NCBI RefSeq assembly: GCF_036971445.1
Contig: NC_091471.1
Location: forward strand, 277,946,001-278,010,000
Reading direction: 5' to 3'
Source: Narcine bancroftii
Taxonomy: Eukaryota
DNA length: 64,000 nucleotides
The notes under the pieces are model-generated. The model searched no databases. It was not told where the DNA came from and saw only the letters and a list, made by a program, of their open reading frames with translations. Shown here in pieces: positions 1 to 12,700 of the stretch (the stretch's first letter is position 1; each line of letters begins with the position of its first letter). The position numbers and the translations under genes were made by a program.

Positions 1-1254
1 TTACAGAAGGATTACTTTACAAGCTTGTGCCAATTTAACTAATTTTGTTTGATTCCTGGAGAAAAGACCGAGGAGCAGTGTGGTCTGTGGAGAGGATCAT
101 ATCACTGGAATGACGTCAGCATTGTCACATTAAACCTTCATGCCAAAATTTCCTGGCCATCACAATGATAGAAACACAAGTCAATGATTCTGGAAAAGTT
201 CAATTTCAGATGTTTTCTTGTCCCTTCCTTCTTTACAGTTTGTATTTATGTGATGGATTTGGTGTGAGTTCACTTAGGTGATTCATGGAAAGTTTTCATG
301 AAAATTGTAAAATTACTTGGAAAGAGAATCTAACAAATGAATGCCTTTTATTAAAAACAGGCACCATGTAATTTAAATTCGCTCACACATGTCCCCTTAT
401 AAAAGCTTTCAACTGGTACAACTATTTCCACAAAAAATTGTAGCTGAGTGACTTACACATCACTCTACACATCAACTGAGCAGCAGACACGAGCAGAAAT
501 GGAACCAAAGTGAATATGTCTCAACCTCCTTTTACTAACTAATGAACCACATCAAAATTTTCTATCCTGTGGTTCTTGTGGAAAGCCAAGCCAAATCACA
601 TTTTCAAATTGGTCATATTAAAAAAAAAAATTCAATCTGTAATATGCCCATTCTTTGTTAAGAACAGGGATGTGGAGTAAAAATTCCAATTGATTGTGTT
701 CAGTGAATTGCATATGTTGTTCTGTTATATTAATGCAATCATTCCATTGATTAGTTCTAAACAGACACTGTACAGACTACAATTCTAACAATATTGACCC
801 ACAAAATTAAGGATTAATGTTCCCACACATTTATTTTCATACATTAAGCAGTGATTTTAGAATTAACCATGGTCTGTTGTCATAATGCAGGTGACTTTAG
901 ATGACATTTCCCCCTAAAACAGAACAATATTGCTCATGTTTCACCTTCCATTTTCTACCTTGAGTTGTAGAAAATACATCTCCAAACTTTACAAGAGCCA
1001 TATATATTTTTTTAAAAAGCCCCTTGAACTAACTCAGGGCTTATGCCACTGTTTGATCTGACAACATCAAAATGATTAATCATCCTTTGCATGTTATACA
1101 TCGATTTCCTTGGGTCACCGTTTGAACTGTGGTACCATGGGAGCTCTTCATTACTGCAGCGTGAAGAACCATTGGAATGCACGCTGATGTCATTTAACCA
1201 TGAACGGCAAACATACAATATATGGAATTTTGAGAAAGGATGTGAGGTGGAAAG

Positions 1255-1885
1255 TGTGTGCTGGTCGGCTGCATCACAGTCTGGTATGGGGACACCAATA
1301 CCTGAGTGTAAAGCCCTGCAAAAGGTAGTGGACACAGCCCAGGACATTACTGGCAAACTCCATCCAAAGAACATCTTTAAGAAGAAATCAGGAGTACATG
1401 AACCAGTCTTTATCAGGGGTCACCCTTTGATTAAGTGTTTCAAATTCCTGGTTGTCAACATCTCTGAAGATTTGTCCTGGGGTCTCCATATTGATGCTAT
1501 TGTGAAGGCGGCTCGCAAGTGGATATATATTGAGGAGTTTGAGGAGATTTGGTACATCACCAAAGATTCTTGCAGAGCATTCTGACTGGTTGCATCACTG
1601 TCTGGTATGGAGGTGCCGATGCACAGGATAGGAAGACTACAGAGATTCGTGATCTTGGCAAGCGCCATCACAAGCATCAGTCTTCACTCCATTGAGCTCA
1701 TCTACAAAGGCTGATGTAAGAAAGCAGCATCTATCCTCAGGGACCCTCACCACCCAGGCCATGCATGGCCACTTCACTCTGCTACCATCCAGAAGGAGGT
1801 GCAGGACCCTAAAGACAAACACCGATTGGCACAGGAATAGCTTCTTCCCCATTGCCATTAGATTTCTGAATGCACAATGGAAAAT
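1255..1885 (+). mobile_element. Rex1/Babar-type LINE 3' fragments (rearranged, decayed)
   Basis: Remnants of GCITVWYG, KALQKVVDTAQDITG, HPGHxxFTLLPSxRR and NSFFP, typical of the C-terminus of Rex1-type RT. Confidence 0.7.
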
Positions 1886-2000
1886 ATAGTTACACAAATG
1901 TTTACCAAACAGGCAGATGGTAGTCTAACAACACTGGTGGGCAAGAATGTTGACTTTGCCCACATCCCAAGAATTCATATAAAAGACTGACCCTGCAAAC

Positions 2001-3124
2001 CAGGGGTGGCCACGAGCCAACTGCAGCCTGATAATCATTTTTATGTGGCCCGTTGGAACAGTCTCTAACAATAAATTGCTTTGAATGTACATTGCAATCC
2101 TTAGTTTCAACACTAGATGTCGCTCTCATTTGGAACTAGAACTAGACCGACCGTTGCAATATTACTCATCAATGAAAATGTTTACCTCAGTTGATCAAAC
2201 ATGGCAGAACCAAAAAGACAGAAAATAGTGAGGAAGTGTCAAAATCTGACGGTGGAAAAATGAATACTTTTTCACAGAAGTCCAGGGGAATTTTCAATTT
2301 TTATTTGGGGCAGGGATTTTACAGCAATCAATTGAGTCTATTTCTTAAAAAGAAATAGGTCCACCTTAAGTTCTTCAAATTCTCATTGGAAGCTTTCTTG
2401 TCCCTTTACCATATTCTCTGCTTTTTGAGTTCTAACAATGTTGTTAAACCCTCAGTACGGGTTAACGAGTGTGTGCAACTGGAGATTATTGAGATATAAT
2501 GTGACAATTCTCTGAAGAGGCAACATCAGGTTCTCCACCTACCAGAGTTCTATCGGAGTTTGGAAAAGGCCAGTTTACTCTGATTAGGCATCATGCAGCT
2601 AGATGATGAGTCTGTTCGGCTCCACGTATGTATACAAACAAATCTTTGATGACTCGGAAGAAAAGTCGACTGAGAACCAAGTTGGCCGACGCCATGTTCT
2701 TGTAGAGAACCTGCAAGACTTGCTCCTGAGGTGCCAGCTATTCCTCACTTCAAGGCACAACATCACTGCTCTCATTGTGTGAACTGTTGTTCCCATCATC
2801 GGTGAGTTACAAATGGATGACACAGTTGGTATTTGAGAGTTGTGGACGTATATTGGAGACAGCCTTGTCCTTGTTCTTATTTTGCACAAATTTTAAATGA
2901 AAATTTTTAGTTTCATTGTATTCATTTAAATTAACAGTTAAACTGTTCAGTGTTGTGCAGTCATTTTGATAGAAAATGAATTTTTGATGGCCCAGGGGTT
3001 TTCTGGTCTAAAAATACCACTTTTATTGCAGTGTAACTGGTTGAAAACTGCTTGGCTTGTTTGCTCTTAACTCCTTATATTATTCTGTATGTGGCCTACA
3101 ACCAGAAAGGTTTGGCCAACCCTG
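2001..3124 (+). mobile_element. Internally deleted hAT (Charlie/SPIN/GTF2IRD2-like) DNA transposon
   Basis: TIRs CAGGGGTGGCCA (2001) and TGGCCAACCCTG (ending 3124). 8-bp TSD CTGCAAAC/CTGTAAAC. Decayed transposase C-terminus VQLEIIEI*CDNSLK...LPEFY...MMSLFGSTYV at ~2470-2650. Confidence 0.85.
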
Positions 3125-3399
3125 CTGTAAACATTGATCAATTATGAAGAAAATGTGCCACATTATGAAAACAGACATTTTACAGGAAAAATAAGAAGGC
3201 CCTTGTGATAATGTTTACCTGTAACCACCTCCCATCTCAACCACTCAATTCTTTTCAAGCACCTAGTTCTGGCCGAGAGGATCAAGCTGAAACTTCCAGA
3301 TCCTGTTGCAGCTTCTCAACTTCAGACTCCAGCCATTCTCTTTCAGGGTCCCACCAAGAAGCACACACTTTCACAACTCCCCCACCTTCAGACAGAAGA

Positions 3400-3876
3400 G
3401 ACACAGATAAACGAGCTTGAAACCACAAGCCTTCAGATTCAAGGATGGTTTCTTTCCTGCTGTTATCATGTTCAAGTTTATTATCATCTGTCTGTACATG
3501 TACAACCAGACAAAACAGCATTTCTCCAGGCACAAACACACACAGTAATCACATAAATATACAGTAGAGTTATAATTTAAAATTATATTTAAACATTTTG
3601 AATTATTTACTCAGTTACAGGATACTATTCATCACAGTGGGAAGAAGTTATTTCCCAGCCTAGCAGTCCTGATTTTGATGCTCCTGTACCACTTTTTAAT
3701 GGTAGTGGGTCGAAGATATCGTGTGCTGGATGGAAATAGTCCTTGATAATTCTTTAAACAGCACTCCTGATAAATGTCATCAGTAGAGGAAAGGGTGACC
3801 CCAGTGATCCTCTCAGTCATTTTGATGATGATCCTCTGTATTGACCCAGTACAATGCTTTGCAGCTATCGCACCAC
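3400..3876. mobile_element. Rex1/Babar LINE 3' fragments (short + piece, longer - piece)
   Basis: Minus-strand ERITGVTL...YRSIKIRTARLGNNFFP. Confidence 0.65.
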
Positions 3877-4494
3877 CAGTGGCATAGCTGGGGGGGGGGG
3901 GGGCAGGGGGAGTGGGGTGGCACCTCCCTCCCCGGCCTCAATCTGACCCTGACACCAACCCCCACCCCCATTCCGGTCTGACACCGCTAATACCACAAAC
4001 CTCCCCCCCCCCACCCTCACAGGTCTGATGCTGCCAAAAAATCAGTATGGCCGACCATTCAACCACCGACTCACCATTTGGTATACGTGATGGTTCTTTT
4101 TTTTATGCGCTCATGTGTATCACACAATGATGAAGCCACACAAGACGCCCTCAATTGTGTTCCTGTAAAATGTTGTCGAGATGGGGATTGGTAGCCTTGA
4201 ATCTGAATCAATATCAGATTCTTGAAAGGATTTCACACTGGTAAAAGACTATGCCCTTGCACTGATTTGAAACATACTTTTCTCCATACCCTGTACTGGT
4301 TGTATACATTCCCTACACTCTGCATTCCTTGATTGATTGTAGCATGTTATTACTGCACTACCTGCAGTACAAGTTGACTTGCAATTCAGGTCATCAAAAA
4401 AAGTCAGACAGACAACACACAGCAGCAGAGGGGCCAGCAGTTGCTAGAGTTGATGGTTTTTGCTTTAGATTTACATCGGAAAACAAACTGGGCT

Positions 4495-4920
4495 GTCAGG
4501 GGTACAGAAGAGGTTTACCAGGATGTTGTCTGGTTTAGAGGGCACGAGTTATGGGGATAGAATGGACAAACCTGGACTGTTTTCTTTGGTGCATCGGAGG
4601 CCGAGGGCCAACCTGACAGAGACATGAGAGACAATCATGGGGGGCATTGATAAAGTGGACGGTCAGAATCTTTGCCCCAGGGAAAAACAGTCACTCACTA
4701 GAGGAGACACAGTGAATGTGAGCATCTGAAACAGGCAGCCAGGGGTAGCAGACACAATAGTAATTCTTAAAGTTGCTAGATATATACATGAATATGAAGG
4801 GGATGAAGGGATATCTCTCAAGTGCCAGCAGCAGAGTTTTTGTTTGGTATGGACATCATTTTCAACACAGATATGAGGGCCAAATGGCCTGTTCCTATGC
4901 TGTACTGTTCTATAGTTTAT
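4495..4920 (+). mobile_element. CR1 LINE 3' fragment
   Basis: VQxRFTRML-like start, with the CR1 3' UTR ggccaaatggcctgttcctatgctgtactgttctat. Confidence 0.7.
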
Positions 4921-5579
4921 CTACAAGTTGTGGAAATTTGTATTTTGCTACCAGGATGCAAGACTTGGTGCTTTGGGCCAGATTCTCCTTGTGAAATCCA
5001 ACACTGGTGTGCATTCTACTTTCAACAATAAATTCAAGCCTTCCAAGATAACACAAATGCCCAAAGATGTTGCAGTTCAAAGTCCAGGCCCATTAAAAAA
5101 AATGTTTCCTTACCTTCAGATCAGATGTAGGCATATGGAGGGGAGGCTGACTTGTATTTTGTATTCCCTTACAATTGCAGATTTACTGTTTGGAATGGTG
5201 CAAATGGCGGAGAGAACCCTCAATGAACTTTTCGTTAACGTGAAAATTCCAACTTATTGAGCGGCCAGTGCTGCGGTACATTTGCTGATTATATCATATG
5301 GAAGCAAGTACTTCAATATCTAATAGTCTGCTGGATGAACTTAGGTCAAACAACATCAGTGGGAGAGAAAACATGGTTGACGTTTTGGACTGGGTTCCAA
5401 CCCACAACATCACCCGATCCTTTTTCTACTTTCCACCAGCAGGAATTGCTCTGAATTCCGGAATCCACACTACCCCATGTACCTCCAGGTCCACTTTGTT
5501 ATTGTTGGCTTCCTTTCTGCTGCTGGATTAACAGCCCAAGTTCAACAAAGAGGTCTCCAAGTGCAAATTGGAAAAAATG

Positions 5580-5675
5580 CAATATAGAAGTGCGCTGGTG
5601 AAACTCAGCAGGTCAAGCAGCATCCATGGGAAGTAAAGGGAACCAACAATTCAGGTCTGGGCCCTTCGTCAGGTT
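5580..5675 (-). mobile_element. Penelope-like element terminal (pLTR) fragment with degenerate hammerhead core
   Basis: Minus strand reads CTGACGAagggcccagacctGAATtgttgg...gatgctgcttgacctgctgagtttcaccagc. The motif recurs elsewhere in the window. Confidence 0.55.
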
Positions 5676-6452
5676 CACAGCCCAGTTGTTTTCAGATGCA
5701 AATCTGGAACACCATCAACCAACTCTAGTAACTGCTCATTTACAATCATGTTGCAGTCAGCCCTGATGCTGTTTGCTGCCAGTCTGATGTCTCATTTGGT
5801 GTGGCCTACATTGACAAATGCATGACATGCAACCACATTGCCAAAGAATGTACTGGGAATAAGAACGCCGCCAATAACCTTGTGTAAACTATTCATAAAA
5901 GACACCCAAGTAGAAGTCAACCCCATGTGTGCTCACTATTCACTAAAACTATGGTTGATTGTTTAACTCTGTCTCATGTTCATACCCCATGAAAAATCTA
6001 TCCATCCCTGCTAGGACTGAGCCTCCACAGTTCCCTTGGGTAGAGAATGCCAATGGTTCACTCCATGTGTGTTAAGTAATTTCATTAGATCTCAGTTTTG
6101 AACATTGGACTCTTCAGATCATGACCAGAACTAGGAGAAATATCAACTCAACATCAACCCTAGTAAATATTTGGTACACGTCCATGATATCACATCTCAT
6201 TCTTCTGCGGTCAAGCTGTTGGTCCAGTCTTCTTACTATCTTCAGGAATCCAGGAATCAATATGCTGAACCTTCACTTCAGTCTCTCTATTGAAAGTAAA
6301 TCTTCAGATAAGAAAAAGAGCCATTCAATGCAGCTAAGAAGTTGGAGAACAACATCTTCACTCTTCATTAATCCTCTCAAAATAAAGACATACATCCCCT
6401 CAGTCTGCCCAATTGCTTGCTGTACCTGGGGTTTTATCTTCCAGTAATAAAA

Positions 6453-7824
6453 CTATACATCACCTTTGTTGACCTCACCAAAGCCTTTGAAACCGTGAGC
6501 AGGAAAGGGCTTTGGCAAATACTAGAGCACCTTGGATGCCCCCCCAAGTTCCTCAATTTGGTTATCCAACTGCACGAAAACCAACAAGGTCGGGTCAGAT
6601 ACAGCAATGAGCTCTACGAACCCTTCTCCATTGACAACGGCGTGAAGCAAGGCTGCATCCTCGCACCAACCCTCTTTACTATCTTCTTCAGCATGATGCT
6701 GAAACAAGCCATGAAAGACCTCAACAATGAAGACGCTGTTTACATCCGGCACCGCACGGATGGCAGTCTCTTCAATCTGAGGCGCCTGCAAGCTCACACC
6801 AAGACACAAGAGCAACTTGTCTGTGAACTATTCTTTGCAGATGATGCCGCTTTAGTTGCCCATTCAAAGCCAGCTCTCCAGCGCATGACATCCTGTTTTG
6901 CAGAAACTGCCAAAATGTTTGGCCTGGAAGTCAGCCTGAAGAAAACTGAGGTCCTCCATCAGCCAGCTCCCCATCATGACCACCAGTCCCCCCACATCTC
7001 CATCGGGCACACAGAACTCAAAACGGTCAACTAGTTTACCTACCTCGGCTGCACCATTTCATCTGATGCAAGGATCGACAAAGAGATAGACAACAGACTC
7101 GCCAAGGCAAATAGCGCCTTTGGAAGACTACACAAAAGAGTCTAGAAAAACAACCACCTGAAGAAAGACACAAAGATCAGCGTGTACACAGCCATCGTCA
7201 TACCCACGCTCCTGTTCGGCTCCGAATCATGGGTCCTCTACCGGCATTATCTACGGCTCCTAGAATGCTTCCATCAGCGCTGTCTCCGCTCCATCCTTAA
7301 CATTCATTGGAATGACTTCATCACCAACATCGAAGTACTCGAGCTGGCAGAGTCTACAAGCATCGAATCCATGCTGCTGAAGACCCAACTGCGCTGGGTG
7401 GGTCACATCTCCAGAATGGAGGACCATCGCCTTCCCAAGATCGTATTTTATGGTGAGCTCCCCACTGGCCACCGAGACAGAGGTGCACCAAAGAAGAGGT
7501 ACAAGGACTGCTTAAAGAAATCTCTTAGTGCCTGCCACATTGACCACCGCCAGTGGGCTGATATCGCCTCCAACCGTGCATCTTGGCGCCTCACAGTTCG
7601 GCGGGCAGCAACTTCCTTTGAAGAAGACCGCAGAGCCCACCTCACTGAAAAAAGACAAAGGAGGAAAAACCCAACACCCAACCCCAACCAACCAATTTTC
7701 CCTTGCAACCACTGCAACCGTGCCTGCCTGTCCCGCATCGGACTTGTCAGTCACCAACGAGCCTGCAGCAGACGTGGACATACCCCTCCATAAATCTTCG
7801 TTCGCGAAGCCAAGCCAAAGAAGA
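6453..7824 (+). mobile_element. RTE-clade LINE, 5'-truncated, young (RT to 3' end)
   Basis: RT motifs FVDLTKAF, GVKQGC, FADD and YLG, and a C-terminal CxxC...H...C finger. Premature TAG stops at 7032 and 7143. 3' tail gccaagccaaagaagaa. Confidence 0.95.
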
Positions 7825-8317
7825 ATTTCTTTAACAGATTCCAGACCTTCCCCTACGACTGGTGTCATGCTAAACAGTCTAGAGTTTCCCAATATCTCTT
7901 CCCATTTTCTTAAAAAGTTGGGCTTCATTTGCTGACCCATTCTAAAATCCATCCATGTATGGTAGATGATAACCTACACCTCATCTAAATCACTGTCTCC
8001 TCCTTCAATCAACGTCTTAAAGGAATGTCGGAAGACAGGGCTCCTTATTCTAAATTGTTGAGGTTATCTTCCCACTTAAAGGGCACTTGACTCTATGCAT
8101 CTCACAGTGGCTAAGAAATTAATCCAGAATATGCAACTGCTCTAAAACGATGATTTTTTGAAAAAAAATCTTTAATCAAAAAGTTTATTATGACCATCAT
8201 TATATCATTCATCAATGGCAGTGAGATATGGAAATCATTCTCCCAATCCCAGTTTGCACCTGCTCTTACATACAACTTAGAAGCAGAGTGGTGATTAAAC
8301 AATCTTCTCAAATCCTG

Positions 8318-9401
8318 TATGACAGATTATGTTGTGTTTGTATTGTATATAGATATGATTTAGGGAGATAAATTGGGGCAGGTTTTTTACTGTAGGTCAC
8401 ATACAAACAGATCTTATTTAAAATACTGGTGCTCTGTTCGTGCTAGACATTCCAGCTCCAAGCCCCAAGAGCCTTTGCAAAAGCTTGAGAGAGTTCCCAA
8501 GAGACTTCACTAATGTATTGTTGTTGGCAAAAAAGCAACAGATGAAAGAACTCGTCAGAGCCGCAGGCTGTCTGATGTGGAACTTACTGTTCTAAGAGGG
8601 TCATGTGGTTTTGCAAGCAGAGAGAGAAAAAAACAGGCTTTTTCTCTGTGTGTGTGAGAGAGAGACAGAGACAGAGAGACAGACAGAGAGAGAGTTCAGT
8701 TCTGCAGTTTTACAGTCAAAACAGCAGCTGAGACTAGAACAGGACAAGCTGGCCAGCTTGTGGAAAACCCCTTTGGAAGATGGGCTGTGAGTGCTTAGTT
8801 CAGCCTGGTCAAAGCCCTTGTGGTTCATGCAAGAGGAGAGGACTGGCTGCCTAATGTTTCACTTGAAATAAGGGAAACAAAAAGGAATTCTGTGGTGACC
8901 TGAAAGAAAGAGGTTATCATCTGGAGAACCCTGATGGGGCAGGATTCTTTGGCGAGACACTGAAGTGGCTGGTTACAAGGAATCATTTGTGGGTGTCCAG
9001 CAAATAAAAAATCTCTCTGAAAACCGACAAGATCCTTCCTGAGTGGAAACCATTTATCTTTCAAGCACCAAAGACTGGTGAACTTTATAAATGTTAAATT
9101 CTGTTCACAGTATAAGAATTGCCTGCAACCAGTGAACTTGGAGGAACGAGAAATGAGATTGGACTGAATCAAAGAACTTTTCTGAACTTACACACACACA
9201 CAATCACACACACAATCACATACACGTGCACTTAGAATTAGAAGGAGGTTAAGTTATGTTAGTTAAGTTAATAGTGGTAAGTTAAAGTGTGATTCTGTTT
9301 TCATGTTTAAAGATAATTAAAAGCAACATTTGTTTAAGTAACCATTTGTCTTGGTGAATATCTATTGCTGCTGGGTTTATGGGTTCTCTGGGCTCCTAAC
9401 A
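8318..9401 (+). mobile_element. Solo LTR-like repeat (~1.1 kb), copy 1
   Basis: Ends tatgacaga...ctcctaaca, homologous over both ends to the inverted copy at 46834-47839. Possible TSD tcctg/ccctg. Orientation is tentative. Confidence 0.7.
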
Positions 9402-9559
9402 CCCTGGTTACACATTATAAAAGCAGTGCTGTCTCACGCTGCTGGCCTCTACAAACTCTACGTATATTCTCTAAATATAAAGTTAATTTTAACATCTGTT
9501 TCATAAGAAAAGAGACAATAAAATTACTTAAATTAACTATCAAATAGGATACCGTTTAA

Positions 9560-9769
9560 TCAAAGGACAGAGGTGTTGAGGATAACATTGCACATGACAG
9601 ATGCAGAGCTGGACCAGAGAAGTGGCAGATGGAGTTCAGACAGAGTTCAATCCGGGAAAGTGTGAAGTTTGGAAGATCAAACTTGAAGGTGGAGTACGTG
9701 GTTAATGGCAAGATTCTTAGCAGTATGGAGATCCGAGTCCATAGATCCCTCAAGGTTGCTACGCAAGTT
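9560..9769 (+). mobile_element. CR1 fragment, left half of L1 insertion host (continues 15303-~15345)
   Basis: EKWQMEF...NPGK...RVHRSLKVATQV resumes as QVDRVVKEAY after the L1. Confidence 0.8.
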
Positions 9770-12700
9770 TTTCTTTTGAAATTTTTATTTATCATTTGTA
9801 TCAATACAAAAAAGAATTATTCAATAATTGAAAGTCATACAAAATACAAAAAAAAAATTTTTCTCCCCACCCCCTCCCTCCCAAAAGAAAGAAAAAGAAA
9901 AGAACACCTACTTCTACATATATATTATTAACATATATAATATCAATTGATTATTTTTGTAACTTCTAATTGAGAGGGGTGGGTAAAGTGTAGAAGGTGG
10001 ATGGAATTTTATTCATAAAATTCATATATGGTTTCCAAATTTTTTTAAACGTTTTCAACTCTACTTCTTAAATTATGTGTCATTTTTTTCTAAAGGTATA
10101 CAATTTTGCATTTCAATCTGCCATCTGTCTATTTTTTAAACCAAATTTTCAGTTTTCCACGTTACAGCTATACATTTCTTTGCTGTCACTATGGCTATAT
10201 TTTAAAAATTTTCTTGATATCCAATTTCAGTTTTATATCTTTTTCATATATATTCCCAAGTAAAAATATTCTTGTATCTTTATCTTCATAATTTGTCCTA
10301 GTAATACACTCATATTGTTCTAAAATCTTTCCACTTTTTCACAGAAACATACCAAATGTAAAAAAAGTCCCTGTTTCCTTGTTACATCGAAAACACTTAT
10401 CTGAATAATTAGAATCCAGTCCATTTAATTTACGTGGAGTATAATTGATAAAATTATATTGAACTATTTGATATCTAGCATTAACTATATTTGTAACACT
10501 CTTGACACAATTTTGACCATATTTCCTCTTGAATTTGTATATTTAAATCTCTCTCCCATCGTAATTTTGATTTGTATATATCTTTTTTCCTTGTAGTTTC
10601 TTGTAATTTTATATACATATTAGTAATACATTTCATAATAATAAGTGCATCTGTTATATTATACCTTCAAATTGACTTTGTTCTGGTGTCTCAAATCTGT
10701 TCCTAATTTATTTTTTTTAAGTACGATTTTAATTGGTAATATGCAAAAATTGTATTATTTTGTATATTATATTGATCTTTTAATTGTTCAAAAGTTAAAA
10801 TGAAAGATCCTTAAAAAAAACAATCTTTTATCCTTTGTATACCTTTACTATACCAATTATCAAATAAAGAATTATTCAAAGTGAAAGGAATAAGTTGATT
10901 TTGTTTTAACAACATTTAGGTATTTAATAATTTTTAATCCCTCTCTCCATATGAATCCCATTCCATAATTTCAATATATGTTTTAAAATTGGTATCTCCA
11001 AATTTCCTTTAAACAATTCACTATTTCACTTATACAAAATTTGTTCTGGGATAGATTCTCCAATTTTATTCATTTCAATCTGAACCCAGGCTGTTTTTTT
11101 CACCCATTTGATAACAAGCAGCCAAAAATCTAATTGAGCTGTATTATAATAATTTTTAAAATTCAGTAATCTTAGTCCTTGATCAAATTTCCATGTTAAT
11201 TTTTCAAGACCAACTCTTGACATCTTACCTTTTCAAATGAATTCTCGTATAATTTTATTCAAACCCCGAAAAAATGATTCTGGTACATGAATGGGTAACA
11301 ATTGAAATAAATATTGCATTCTCGGAAAAATTTTCATCCTACCCATTATATTAACATTATTGGGTAAATCTTTCCATCTTCTCAGATCTTCTTCCATCTT
11401 TTTCAATAGTGGTGAATAATTTAACTTAAATAAATGATTTCTATTTCTATTAATTTTTATTCCTAGATATTTAATTGCATCATTTTGCCACTTACATTTT
11501 GACAATCTTTTACACACCATTGGGATCTCCTCACTTTTATCAACATTAACTTTATAACCCGGTATTAATCCATATTCTTTTAATCTCATATTCACCTTAT
11601 TTAATGATATTTCTGGTCTCGTTAAATATACTATAACTTCATTTGCAAACAAACTAATTTTACCAATCTCAAATCCTCTGATTTCTTTATCAATTCTAAT
11701 TATTTCTGCTAATGGCTCTATTGCTAATGCAAAAAAAAAAGTGACAATGGGCAACCTTGTCAAGAAGACCTTTCTAACAAACAAGGTTTTGATATTTGTC
11801 TATTTATAACCACTTTTGCTTTTGGCTGATCATACAATGCTTTTATCCAATTTACAAACGTATTTGGAATCCCAAAAGCATTAAGTGTTTTAAACAAAAA
11901 ATCCCATTCCAATCCATAAATGCTTTCTCTACATCTAATGCAACCACTACTGCTGGAATTGTTTTATTTTGCGTTATATTTATCAAACTTAAAAATTTAA
12001 CTATATTATCTGCCACTCTTCTATTTTTAATAAAACCAGTTTGATCAATATTTATTAATTTTGGTAAAAATTCAATTAACTGATTAGCTAATAATTTTAA
12101 TACAATTTTATAATCCATATTCTATAGTGATATAGGTCTGTATGAAGAAGGTTGTAAATTATCCTTTTCTTTCCTCAGAATTACTGTTATTAACACCGTT
12201 TTAAAAGATTCTGGTAGGTCATGTACCTCTCTCACTTAGTATAATACCCCCATTAATATAGATACTAATAACCCTTAAACTCTATAAAATTCTGGTGGAA
12301 AACCATCTTTACCTGGTGCTTTGTTATTCTGTAATGGTATCAGGGTATCAAACTTCTATTTCAGAAAAAATATTAGACAAACTTTACTTTTCAACTGCAT
12401 CTAACACAGGTAATGTAATATGTCTCAAATACTCTTCTATTTTATTATCATCTTTCAAAGATCCTGATTGATAAAGTTTGGCATAAAATTTCTTAAAATT
12501 ATAATTTATTTCCTGTGTTTTATAAGTAATCCGACCAGTAGTTTTCTTAGTGGCAGTTATTGTTCTAGAAACTTGCTCTCCTTTTAATTGCCATGAATCC
12601 TTTCACCTAATTCATAATATTTTTGTCGCAATCTCATTATATCCCTCTCCATTCTATGTTTTATTGTATTAAATCTTAATTTTTTTTGATTCTAATAATA

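Noticed and set aside
111-118. Perfect CRE palindrome TGACGTCA
   Set aside because: A single 8-mer in 64 kb is compatible with chance and has no supporting context.
1012-1374. 120-aa minus-strand ORF as an additional exon
   Set aside because: Partly antisense Rex1 sequence, and the remainder has no recognisable homology or clear splice sites.
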